Assembly (NCBI GenBank): GCA_027053075.1
Contig: JALUEE010000033.1
Span: forward strand, 45,781-109,780
Reading direction: 5' to 3'
Length of the DNA stretch: 64,000 nucleotides
DNA from: a candidate division WOR-3 bacterium
GTDB lineage: Bacteria; Hydrothermota; Hydrothermia; B15-G9; WFZT01
A model generated the notes under the pieces. It saw nothing but the letters and a program-made list of their open reading frames with translations, had not been told where the DNA came from and did not search any database. How positions within the stretch are numbered: position 1 is the first letter of the stretch; every line of letters starts with the position of its first letter. Below are positions 54,612-63,408 of this stretch, in pieces. The position numbers and the translations under genes were made by a program.

Positions 54612-55591
54612 TTCAATCCCTCCTCAAGTGGATTAACAAAAACATCTTTGAGGGCTTCCTCAGGATCAGGATAGGGGCTTTCTTCTGCAAATTTCACAGC
54701 CTCGTCAGCTTCCTTCTGGTACTCTTCCCAGATAGCCTTCTTTTCCTCTTCCGTAAGCCAGCCATTTTCAAATGCGATCTTTTCGAACCTTCCGATGGGC
54801 TCCTGCTTCCAGAATTTTTCGACCTCTTCGTGTGTTCTGTACTTTTCAGGGTCACCAATGAAATGTCCCTTGAGCCTGTAGGTCTGACAGCTCATGAGTG
54901 TGGGCCCTTCACCGCGTCTCGCCCTTTCTACTGCTTCCTTTGCCGCCTCGTAAACAGCAATCACATCGTTGCCATCGCAGCGGACACCGGGAACATTGTA
55001 TGCCGATGCCCTCTGCGCCACATGCTCGACTGAAAGGGTTCTCACCTTCCTTGTGGTGGATGCAAACTGGTTGTCCTCGTTTACAAAGATGATCGGCAAC
55101 TTCCAGATGGAAGCCATATTCATAGCCTCGTGAAAGGTGCCGCGGTTGGCAGCTCCATCACCAAAGTATGCCACTACAACCTGGTCTGTTTTTCTAAGCT
55201 TAATAGAGAGTCCAGCACCCACAGAGATGGGAAACTGACCACCAACAACTCCGTTGGCACCAAGCATACCTATGGAGAAATCCGCGATGTGCATGGAACC
55301 GCCCTTCCCTTTGCAGTAGCCAGTGAATTTTCCATAATTCTCAGCCATCATTTTTTTCATATCCCCACCCTTTGCGAGGGTATGACCATGACCACGGTGG
55401 GTTGAGAGGATGTAATCATTAATTCTCAAATTTGCGCTGACTCCGGCAGCAATTGCCTCCTCTCCAATATAAAGGTGCACAAAACCGGGTAATTTTCCTT
55501 CGAGAAATAGCTTCTCTGTAACGGTTTCAAAAACCCGGATGCGCACCATTGTACGGTACAGCTTTAAGGCTAAATCTTTATCAATAGCCAT
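54608..55591 (-). CDS. 2-oxoacid/acetoin dehydrogenase E1 alpha subunit (TPP-binding)
   Basis: 327 aa with the TPP motif GDGAANRG...NEDNQFA. The short length resembles AcoA-type E1 alpha. Confidence 0.9.
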   Translation of the reverse strand: MAIDKDLALKLYRTMVRIRVFETVTEKLFLEGKLPGFVHLYIGEEAIAAGVSANLRINDYILSTHRGHGHTLAKGGDMKKMMAENYGKFTGYCKGKGGSMHIADFSIGMLGANGVVGGQFPISVGAGLSIKLRKTDQVVVAYFGDGAANRGTFHEAMNMASIWKLPIIFVNEDNQFASTTRKVRTLSVEHVAQRASAYNVPGVRCDGNDVIAVYEAAKEAVERARRGEGPTLMSCQTYRLKGHFIGDPEKYRTHEEVEKFWKQEPIGRFEKIAFENGWLTEEEKKAIWEEYQKEADEAVKFAEESPYPDPEEALKDVFVNPLEEGLK

Positions 55592-56237
55592 AACTTACCT
55601 CCTTTTTCGGACTTTCGATAATTTCATCAATTCCCAGGGTTTGCCTTAATTTTTCTAAGTAAAGCTCCTTGATATGCTCCATATCCATAGTTTGCCCGAG
55701 GAGCTCTGACAAAGATGTCATTTTTACATTTTGAATCCCGCATGGGACAATCATGTCAAAATATTTGAGGTCAACATTGATATTGAGGGCAATGCCATGA
55801 AAAGTTACCCATTTCCTTACTGCCAGTCCCACAGAGGCAATTTTCATATCATCTATCCATACGCCAGGGTAACCTTTTTTTATATAAGCATCAAATCCAA
55901 ACTCGCGGAAAAGCTCCGCTCCAGCCTCAAGAATGCTGTGGGATAGCTCATGCACATCGCTTACTTTGAAGATAAAATAGGCCACGAGCTGACCGGGACC
56001 GTGAAAGGTGATATTTCCGCCCCTTTCCACTTCATAAACAGGGATATTGTTGGTAGGATTTATCAGATTTTCGCGTCCCCCATGCTTTCCGATGGTAAAA
56101 ACTGGATAATGCTCGCAGAATACAATGGTATCCGGTATCTTATCACCAATCCTGTATTCAACGAGCTCTTTCTGGAACTCCCAGACTTCTTTATAGTCAC
56201 GGAGTCCCAGGTCGTAGAAGAGCGCAGCTCTCATCAA
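55581..56237 (-). CDS. lipB: Octanoyltransferase (lipoyl(octanoyl) transferase)
   Basis: 218 aa with RGG.ITFHGPGQLV, KI...G and CG motifs. It overlaps the E1 alpha start by 11 nt. Confidence 0.88.
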   Translation of the reverse strand: MMRAALFYDLGLRDYKEVWEFQKELVEYRIGDKIPDTIVFCEHYPVFTIGKHGGRENLINPTNNIPVYEVERGGNITFHGPGQLVAYFIFKVSDVHELSHSILEAGAELFREFGFDAYIKKGYPGVWIDDMKIASVGLAVRKWVTFHGIALNINVDLKYFDMIVPCGIQNVKMTSLSELLGQTMDMEHIKELYLEKLRQTLGIDEIIESPKKEVSYGY

Positions 56238-56313
56238 TTACCACTATGGCAATTTTCCTGCCACTCAAGAAATCAAGATTTTATGGGGATTCTGGAGGAT
56301 TCAGATTCTGAAA

Positions 56314-56334
56314 GATGTAAACTTTATTTACATC
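56314..56334. promoter_or_regulatory. Palindrome GATGTAAA-CTTTA-TTTACATC upstream of lipB
   Basis: Perfect 8-bp arms, 77-97 nt upstream of the lipB ATG. It is a candidate operator with no known cognate regulator. Confidence 0.25.
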
Positions 56335-56627
56335 CATGTAAAAACCTGTCAATAACATTCAAAGTTTTATGTCAACAAATTTTACACACTGAGATATTTG
56401 GTTCCTTGCAGAGAAGAAATCAGCAAGCCTATTTCCTGGTTCCTCTCGAAGATATCTAAAAATTATTGGGGCCAGTTCTGTAAATCTTTTCTGAATGGAA
56501 AAACTTTGTTTTGCCAGATGACCACTTGGAATCGCAAGGAGGATACATTTTTGTAAATGAATTGGATTTATCTTCTCCGATGGTTATTCATAGGAACAGC
56601 GCAGAGATATTTAGATATCTTGTACAC

Positions 56628-56969
56628 TTACATCAATTCATCCTTTATTTTCAACATTTTTTTCTTCAGATCAGGGATGTCTTTTTTAACAACTTCCCAC
56701 GTTAATTCTAAATCTATTCCGAAATACTCGTGAATTAGAATATCCCGCATACCGGCAATCTTTTTCCATGGAACTTCTGGATATTTTTCTTTTATCTCAT
56801 CTGGAATGTTTTTGACTGCTTCTCCAATAATTTCAATACGACGTATGATCGCATCTTGGAGTTGAACTGATTCAAAGAAATCCTCTTCTGTTTTGTCTTC
56901 AGAATAATTTTCTATCAGTTCGATAGACTCCAGTACGTGTTCTATAAATATCTTGGGATCTTTTCTCAC
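56628..56969 (-). CDS. hepT: HepT (DUF86) RNase toxin of a type VII toxin-antitoxin pair
   Basis: 113 aa with the Rx4HxY motif in [10 protein letters not shown]. There is a 4-nt overlap with the upstream MNT gene. Confidence 0.85.
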   Translation of the reverse strand: MRKDPKIFIEHVLESIELIENYSEDKTEEDFFESVQLQDAIIRRIEIIGEAVKNIPDEIKEKYPEVPWKKIAGMRDILIHEYFGIDLELTWEVVKKDIPDLKKKMLKIKDELM

Positions 56970-57256
56970 AGAATTTTCTCTTGTTCACTCAATATTTTCT
57001 CCCTGAGCAGGGGATGAAGGGATTTATAAGTTACGACATCTACCTTCCTTTTCAGCAGTTCTTCCAATTCTAACTTCAATCCTACAAGGTCCAATAGACT
57101 CTTTTTTCCTTCAAATTCAATTAGTAAATCTATGTCACTGTCTTCAGTAGCCTCTCCTCTAACTATTGACCCAAAAAGAGCAGCTCTTTTAACCCCATGT
57201 TTTTTTAAAACTTTGATAAGTGTTTTTTCCATTTCCTCGATCTGATTCTTACTCAT
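56966..57256 (-). CDS. mntA: MNT minimal nucleotidyltransferase antitoxin
   Basis: GS..RG....SD.D motif ([22 protein letters not shown]). I trimmed the start to ATG 57256 (MSKNQIEE), which is preceded by GAGGT. The track ORF extends to 57319. Confidence 0.85.
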   Translation of the reverse strand: MSKNQIEEMEKTLIKVLKKHGVKRAALFGSIVRGEATEDSDIDLLIEFEGKKSLLDLVGLKLELEELLKRKVDVVTYKSLHPLLREKILSEQEKIL

Positions 57257-57477
57257 GTTTTTTACCTCATTCGGCATGTTATGTATCCAGACTACTCGAC
57301 ATACTCGCGAATCTATCATGGATTATATACGAAGCTTTTAGCATGTCAACCCTCAACAGGGTCTGTTTGCAAAGAGAAAAACATCTTCGACATATTCGCT
57401 TTCCACGATGTCCTACCTCCCTCGCGGTTTGTTTAGAGTTGTGTTTGCTTTAATATTATTGGTCAGACTTAAGAGGA

Positions 57478-58761
57478 GTGAATCCCGTTATGGTTGTTAT
57501 TCTTACTATCGTTGTTCTTGGTGTCATAATTTTTGCCCATGAATTTGGTCATTACATCGCGGCTAAATCTGTTGGGATATACGTGGAGACCTTTTCCATA
57601 GGTTTTGGTCCAAAGATATTCTCCTTCAGATTCTGGGATACAGAATGGGTACTTGCCGCCATACCCTTTGGCGGATACGTAAAGATGAAGGGGGATAACC
57701 CGGAGGAGGCGGCTTTTTCGGGTGATGAATTTCTCGGTAAACCAGTTCCTGCCCGCATCTTAGTGGTATTATCCGGTCCTATGATGAACCTCATACTTGG
57801 ATTTGTTCTCTTTTTTGCGGCTTACAACATGGTGGGATTCACCTCAATTCCGGGAGACCGTGTTTACAAGGTGGAGCCCCATTCTATCGCACAGACGGCA
57901 GGTTTCGAGCCAGGGGACGAAATAATCTCTATTGACGGGGTCCCGTTCAGATACTGGGACAACTTCTTCAAAATTCTTTTAAAACCGGGCAAGCACCTTG
58001 TCGAGGTTAAAAGAGACGGAAAAATTGTAAAACTCCATGTTTCCTATCAGGACTCCCTTAAAATTGGCTTAATACCGTACATTCCGCCTGTAATAGGTCA
58101 CGTGAGAAAGGGAGGTCCTGCCGATAAGGCAGGTTTACAGCCGGGGGATACGATTGTAGCAATAAACGGAAAACCCATAGACAGCTGGAACGCAATGGTG
58201 GATGTCATAAAGTCACATCCCGGGATCCCCTTGGAGATAACCGTTTCAAGACACGGTAAACTCATTACCTTCAAAGTTACCCCTGAAGTTAAAACAGACC
58301 AGACTGGTAAAAAAGTGGGCATGATCGGCATTATGTCCCCGGTTATAAAAGTTAAACTGCCGCCTGGAGAAGCGCTGGATATAGCAACAAAGCGTACTAT
58401 CTCTTCTGCGATTCTCATTTTTGATGTTCTCGGTAAACTGGTTGTGAGAAAAGTTTCTATCAAGCAAATCGGTGGACCTGTAATGATCGGCAAGGTACTC
58501 GGTGAATCATACAGTTATGGACTATACACCCTGCTCGTGGTGATTGCCCTTATCTCCATTAATCTGTTTGTGATAAATGTCATTCCATTCCCGGCTCTTG
58601 ATGGTTGGTACGTACTGATGTTTCTCATAGAGGGTATCAGAGGTAAGCCTGTTTCTATCAAAACCCAGGCAGCCCTGCAGAGAATTGGCTTCGCCTTTCT
58701 AATTGCCTTCATGCTCATAGTCACATTCTTTGATATCTCAAGGCTTTTTGGTGGAAAGTAA
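57478..58761 (+). CDS. rseP: RIP metalloprotease RseP (M50 site-2 protease with PDZ domains)
   Basis: It has the HEFGHY zinc motif, two PDZ-like segments (GFEPGDEIISIDG, GLQPGDTIVAING) and the C-terminal PFPALDG. The ATG at 57490 is a more likely start, because the GAGGAG SD abuts the GTG at 57478. Confidence 0.9.
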   Translation: MNPVMVVILTIVVLGVIIFAHEFGHYIAAKSVGIYVETFSIGFGPKIFSFRFWDTEWVLAAIPFGGYVKMKGDNPEEAAFSGDEFLGKPVPARILVVLSGPMMNLILGFVLFFAAYNMVGFTSIPGDRVYKVEPHSIAQTAGFEPGDEIISIDGVPFRYWDNFFKILLKPGKHLVEVKRDGKIVKLHVSYQDSLKIGLIPYIPPVIGHVRKGGPADKAGLQPGDTIVAINGKPIDSWNAMVDVIKSHPGIPLEITVSRHGKLITFKVTPEVKTDQTGKKVGMIGIMSPVIKVKLPPGEALDIATKRTISSAILIFDVLGKLVVRKVSIKQIGGPVMIGKVLGESYSYGLYTLLVVIALISINLFVINVIPFPALDGWYVLMFLIEGIRGKPVSIKTQAALQRIGFAFLIAFMLIVTFFDISRLFGGK

Positions 58762-59044
58762 AGAAGTTTTCAACATACTCAGACTCGCAAGAAGGGCGGG
58801 CAAGATTGTTCACGGCCATGATGCAGTACTCAGAAATTTTGACCGTGGGAAGCTACTCGTAATCTCCCTTGATTACAGTCGGAGGGAGGCGTCCTACTTT
58901 CGCAGACTCGCTGTAAGAAACAACATCCCTGTGCTCTTTTTAGGTAGTAAAGAGCAATTTGGTGAGCTCCTCGACACATCACCCACTGGAATTTTGCTCG
59001 TAACTGATAAAAACTTTGCCAAGAAGATATTAGATCTGGTATGA
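58730..59044 (+). CDS. L7Ae/L30e-family RNA-binding protein (YlxQ-like)
   Basis: The ~100-aa ORF contains LARRAGKIVHGHDAVLRNFDRGKLLVISLD, matching the L7Ae-fold pattern. The GTG at 58751 is a possible true start. Confidence 0.65.
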   Translation: MISQGFLVESKEVFNILRLARRAGKIVHGHDAVLRNFDRGKLLVISLDYSRREASYFRRLAVRNNIPVLFLGSKEQFGELLDTSPTGILLVTDKNFAKKILDLV

Positions 59045-59793
59045 CACCACTTTCCCTCTTCTACATAATGCTTGCCGGACTCGGCATCGGCTGGCTTGCA
59101 TCAATGCTCGGCATCGGGGGTGGGGTCCTTATAGTTCCCACTCTCACACTCATTCTTCACTTTCCCATCAAGCACGCTATTGCCGTTAGCCTGATCGGAG
59201 TTTCTGCCACTTCTCTTATGGCAGCTTCAAACTATTTAAAGTCCGGCCTTGTGGATGTTGAGCTCGGTATAACTCTCGAAAGTTCCACCATTTTGGGAGC
59301 CCTAACTGGTGGACTGCTCAGCGGATATTTGAAAAGTGGCATTCTGTATATTCTTTTTGCCATCCTTGTGATTTACACGGCTTACGTAATGTGGGCTGGC
59401 AAAAAGGTTAAAGATATTGAAAATAACGGATACTCCCACCTCACAGAGGGAGTTGGCTTTTCATATTTCGCCGGCCTCGCGTCTGCACTACTTGGCATTG
59501 GAGGAGGAGTGCTCAAGGTGCCTATCATGAATCTCGTTATGAACGTACCGGTCAGAACAGCAGTGGCAACTTCAAGCTTTATGATAGGTATGACGGCCGT
59601 AACGGGTGTCTTCCCGTACATCGAGAGGGGAGAAGCTGACTTCCATGTTGCCGGTGCCATAGTCATTGGAACGCTTATCGGGGCATACATAGGTTCGAGG
59701 ATAATGAGAAAAATCCCCACACTCATTTTAAAAAGGGCTTTTGCTGTAATACTTTTTCTCGTGGGTGTGAGGATGTTTATTAAAGGGATATGA
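59041..59793 (+). CDS. TauE/SafE (TSUP) family anion exporter
   Basis: 250 aa with 7-8 TM segments. The GIGGGVL.VP motif is duplicated (ML-GIGGGVLIVPTL and LGIGGGVLKVPIM). Confidence 0.85.
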   Translation: MTPLSLFYIMLAGLGIGWLASMLGIGGGVLIVPTLTLILHFPIKHAIAVSLIGVSATSLMAASNYLKSGLVDVELGITLESSTILGALTGGLLSGYLKSGILYILFAILVIYTAYVMWAGKKVKDIENNGYSHLTEGVGFSYFAGLASALLGIGGGVLKVPIMNLVMNVPVRTAVATSSFMIGMTAVTGVFPYIERGEADFHVAGAIVIGTLIGAYIGSRIMRKIPTLILKRAFAVILFLVGVRMFIKGI

Positions 59794-60062
59794 TAGAAAA
59801 GGAGCTTGCTAAAATACTTAGAATTTTCCTGTACTCGGCATTTTCCGTGATATTAGCAGGTCTTTTACTCTACACCTTCCATTACCACGGTAAGAATTTA
59901 ATAGAGGTTGGCGTTTTCATCGTGCTTCTTGCGCCACTTGCAGAATTCATTGCCCTACTCGTCCACGGTGTTACAAAGGGCAAGAAAAAATTTGTTTTTA
60001 TCTCCACCTGGATGATGGCAGTATTTCTTTTTTCCTCTCTCAAATTTTTTATATTCCACTGA
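59790..60062 (+). CDS. Small membrane protein (DUF1634-like partner of TauE)
   Basis: 90 aa with 3 TM segments. There is a 4-nt overlap with the TauE gene. The pairing is common from memory, but the family call is tentative. Confidence 0.5.
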   Translation: MIEKELAKILRIFLYSAFSVILAGLLLYTFHYHGKNLIEVGVFIVLLAPLAEFIALLVHGVTKGKKKFVFISTWMMAVFLFSSLKFFIFH

Positions 60063-60105
60063 GCATTTGCGGGATTAAGGGCAGGTTTGTATAATAAAAA
60101 CCATT

Positions 60106-61200
60106 ATGGCAAAGGATACGAGACTAATTGAATTAGAGAAGAAGTTTTCTGAAATCAAAGAGCTTTTCGACGTTGAAAGAAAGAAGAGGGAGATCGAGGA
60201 GATTGAGAGAAAGGCCCAGTCTCCTGATTTCTGGAATGACAGGGCGAATGCCCAGAAATTGATGGGCAGGCTCAAGCTCTATAAAAAGGACATCGAAACG
60301 ATTAAAAGGGTCGAAGAAGAGCTTCAATACCTTGAAGAGCTCGAGGAACTCCGGGAAGAGGAAGAATTCCAGAGGGAATACGAGAAGGAGCTTGCGAAGC
60401 TTCAAAAAGACGTCGAAGAGCTTGAGATTAAAGCCCTATTTCGTGATGAGGATGACACAAAGAACGCCATCCTTTCCATCCATCCGGGTGCGGGTGGTAC
60501 GGAATCGCAGGACTGGGCAGAAATGCTCATGCGCATGTACCTTAGATGGATAGAGCGCAAAGGTTTTAAATACAAGATTATTGACCTGCAGCCCGGTGAT
60601 GTGGCCGGTATCAAAGACGTTACTATTTTTGTTGAAGGTGATTACGCCTACGGCTATCTCAAGGCTGAAAGAGGTGTTCATCGACTTGTTAGAATCTCCC
60701 CTTTTGATGCCAATCAGAGGCGTCACACATCCTTTGCCTCTGTTTTTGTGTATCCAGAGGCCGAAGATGTGGAGGTTGAAATCAAGGAAGACGAGCTAAA
60801 GATTGATACATTCCGTTCCTCCGGCCCTGGTGGACAGCACATGCAGAAAAACGAAACCGCCGTGAGAATTACCCACATACCAACAGGAATTGTAGTCACG
60901 TGTCAATCAGAGCGTTCTCAGCACCAGAACAAAACCATCGCTTTAAAAATCCTCAAAGCCCGCCTTTACAACTATTACAAGGAAAAAGAAAAGGAAAAGC
61001 TCGAGGATGTGGAGAAAGAAAAGGGAGACATTGCCTGGGGCAATCAGATTCGTTCCTACATTCTTCATCCGTATAAGATGGTCAAAGACCATCGAACCGG
61101 TGTTGAAACCGGAAATCCCAACGCAGTTTTAGACGGAGAAATTGACGATTTTATAAAAGCATTCCTGCTGATGCAGGGTAAAAAGGCTCTCAAAAGTTAA
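60106..61200 (+). CDS. prfB: Peptide chain release factor 2, encoded in a single frame
   Basis: 364 aa with the SPF tripeptide (RISPFD) and GGQ (SGPGGQHMQK). The usual frameshift site is replaced by in-frame CTT TTC GAC. Confidence 0.95.
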   Translation: MAKDTRLIELEKKFSEIKELFDVERKKREIEEIERKAQSPDFWNDRANAQKLMGRLKLYKKDIETIKRVEEELQYLEELEELREEEEFQREYEKELAKLQKDVEELEIKALFRDEDDTKNAILSIHPGAGGTESQDWAEMLMRMYLRWIERKGFKYKIIDLQPGDVAGIKDVTIFVEGDYAYGYLKAERGVHRLVRISPFDANQRRHTSFASVFVYPEAEDVEVEIKEDELKIDTFRSSGPGGQHMQKNETAVRITHIPTGIVVTCQSERSQHQNKTIALKILKARLYNYYKEKEKEKLEDVEKEKGDIAWGNQIRSYILHPYKMVKDHRTGVETGNPNAVLDGEIDDFIKAFLLMQGKKALKS

Positions 61201-61284
61201 GGAGGCACAGGTATAAAGATACCTTTCATAAAAAATTCCATTTCCCCTGCATTTACTTCTATTGCACCGATTTATGACGAACTC

Positions 61285-61983
61285 ATGCAGGATGTGGATT
61301 ACTTCGACTGGGTGGATTACTTCGAATCCCTTATCAGAAGATACTCGAAGATAAAGGTGAAAAAGATTCTGGACATCGGATGCGGGACAGGCACACCCAC
61401 CATGCTATTTCGTTATCATGGATATCACGTCGTTGGCCTTGATAAGTCAAAGGATATGCTTGAAGTGGCCAAAACCAAAGCAAAGGGTCTGAAAGGTGTA
61501 AGATTTGTTCAGGGGGATTTTATCAACTTCAGGCTCGAAGAGCAGTTTGACGCCGCAGTCTCAATTTTTGACAGTATCAACAACCTTATGAACGAGGAAC
61601 ATCTACTTAAAACCTTCAGAAACGTCAGGGCACACCTGAAAGAAGGCGGCCCATTTGTTTTCGACATGAACACAAAATACGCTTTAAAAGAGTACTGGGG
61701 CAACGGCGTGAAGGTGTTTGATAAGGGTAAAATCCTTTCCATCTGGAGAACCACGTACAACGAGAAGAAGATGCTTTCGAGACTGCACATCACGGTGTTT
61801 TACAGAATCGGTGAAAATACCTATACAAGGATGGATGAAGAGCATTTCGAGAGGGCTTATAATAATGAAACTATTGAAAAACTCTTGAGGAAAGCAGGTT
61901 TTGATGAGATTTACGCATTTGAACACTTGAGTTATTCAAAACCGAGGTCCAACACACCAAGAGTTGTTTTTGTAGCCGTTTAA
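61285..61983 (+). CDS. Class I SAM-dependent methyltransferase
   Basis: SAM-binding motif ILDIGCGTG, with DKS.DML downstream. The reading frame is open for 28 codons upstream, back to the prfB stop, so the true start is uncertain. Confidence 0.8.
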   Translation: MQDVDYFDWVDYFESLIRRYSKIKVKKILDIGCGTGTPTMLFRYHGYHVVGLDKSKDMLEVAKTKAKGLKGVRFVQGDFINFRLEEQFDAAVSIFDSINNLMNEEHLLKTFRNVRAHLKEGGPFVFDMNTKYALKEYWGNGVKVFDKGKILSIWRTTYNEKKMLSRLHITVFYRIGENTYTRMDEEHFERAYNNETIEKLLRKAGFDEIYAFEHLSYSKPRSNTPRVVFVAV

Positions 61984-61984
61984 A

Positions 61985-63208
61985 ATGTACATCGCAGACT
62001 TACATATTCACTCAAAATACTCACGTGCCACATCAAAGGATATGACCCCGGAAATACTCGCAAAGTACGCTAAAGAAAAGGGAGTAAGTCTACTTGGCAC
62101 AGGAGACGCCATTCACCCAAAGTATCTGGAAGAGCTAAAGGAGAAGTTAAAACCCACTTCGAGGTATGGAATCTATGAGTATGATGGGGTGGATTTTATC
62201 CTCTCAGGTGAGATTTCCAATATCTACTCTCAGGACGGCAAATTGAGAAAAATCCACACGGTTCTCCTCTACCCGGATTTCGAGAGTGTCAAGGCAGTAC
62301 AGAAAAAACTCGCTCCGTACGGAAGTATCTTTGCAGATGGAAGGCCTATATTTGGCTTAAGCTTGAAGAAAACCATCGAACTTGTGAGGGAAGTTTCAGA
62401 TGAAATAATGATTATTCCTGCGCACATCTGGACACCGTGGTTTTCTCTCTTCGGCTCTAACTCTGGATTTGATTCAATCGAAGAATGCTGTGGAGAGCTT
62501 TCCGATGAAATCATTGCCCTTGAGACGGGTTTATCATCTGATCCACCGATGAACTGGCGGCTCTCGGCGCTCGATAAATATACCCTCGTCTCCAACTCCG
62601 ATGCCCATTCCCCATCGAGGATTGGGCGAGAGGCCAATGTGTTTGCACATCCCGTTGACTTTAACGAGCTTCGTGAAATCCTAAAAAATGAAGATTCCAC
62701 AAGATTTCTATTCACCATCGAATTCTTCCCGGAAGAGGGAAAGTACCACTACGATGGCCACAGGAACTGCAAGGTCAGTCTTCATCCGAGAGAATCAATA
62801 AAACTTCACAATGTGTGTCCTGTATGTGGCCGACCATTAACAGTCGGCGTGCTACATCGGGTAGAAGACCTTGCGGACAGGCCCGAGGGGTTCAGGCCTC
62901 CCGGAAAGATTGGCTATAAGAATCTTGTTCCCCTCGATGAGATCATCGCTGATGCCCTCGAAGTTGGTAAGGAATCAAAGAGAGTGAGAGCCGAGTATGA
63001 GAACATGGTCAAACATCTCGGCCCGGAGCTCGAAATCCTCCTTCAGATACCTTACGAAGATATGGAAGGACGGGTAAACGAAAAGATCATCGAGGGAATA
63101 CGCATGGTCCGTGAGGGCAAGGTTAAGGTTGTCCCTGGCTACGATGGTGTCTATGGGAAAATTGAAATTTTCCCAAAACAAGAAACAAAACAGATGTCTC
63201 TCTTTTAG
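61985..63208 (+). CDS. PHP-domain endonuclease Q-like protein
   Basis: 407 aa. The N-terminus is [15 protein letters not shown]...[10 protein letters not shown] (PHP metal site). The C-terminal zinc knuckle is H...C...[19 protein letters not shown]. This matches my memory of the archaeal/Bacillus EndoQ family. Confidence 0.65.
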   Translation: MYIADLHIHSKYSRATSKDMTPEILAKYAKEKGVSLLGTGDAIHPKYLEELKEKLKPTSRYGIYEYDGVDFILSGEISNIYSQDGKLRKIHTVLLYPDFESVKAVQKKLAPYGSIFADGRPIFGLSLKKTIELVREVSDEIMIIPAHIWTPWFSLFGSNSGFDSIEECCGELSDEIIALETGLSSDPPMNWRLSALDKYTLVSNSDAHSPSRIGREANVFAHPVDFNELREILKNEDSTRFLFTIEFFPEEGKYHYDGHRNCKVSLHPRESIKLHNVCPVCGRPLTVGVLHRVEDLADRPEGFRPPGKIGYKNLVPLDEIIADALEVGKESKRVRAEYENMVKHLGPELEILLQIPYEDMEGRVNEKIIEGIRMVREGKVKVVPGYDGVYGKIEIFPKQETKQMSLF

Positions 63209-63219
63209 GAGGGTTTGAA

Positions 63220-63408
63220 ATGAGTCTCGATAAGGAACTTCTTGATATACTTGTTTGTCCAAAGTGCAAGGGAGAGCTTGAGTACAGGGAAAAGGAAGAT
63301 GTGCTCATTTGCCACAACTGCAAATTGGTCTATGTGGTTAAAGAGGACATACCCGTGATGCTCGTAGAAAAGGCTATTCCCTTAGATGAGTGGGAGAAAG
63401 ATAAATGA
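63220..63408 (+). CDS. Trm112-family small zinc-ribbon protein
   Basis: 62 aa. [13 protein letters not shown].......L.C..C...Y.V.EDIPVML is the Trm112/YcaR pattern. Confidence 0.75.
   Translation: MSLDKELLDILVCPKCKGELEYREKEDVLICHNCKLVYVVKEDIPVMLVEKAIPLDEWEKDK

Noticed and set aside
57220-57453. A 77-aa plus-strand ORF in the MNT / rseP spacer
   Set aside because: It overlaps the 5' end of the MNT gene in antisense, has no SD, and has a Cys/Leu/Arg-rich composition. It is probably non-coding promoter sequence.
60106-60200. A programmed +1 frameshift site in prfB
   Set aside because: I looked for CTT TGA C after about 25 codons and found in-frame CTT TTC GAC. The ORF is continuous, so no recoding is needed.
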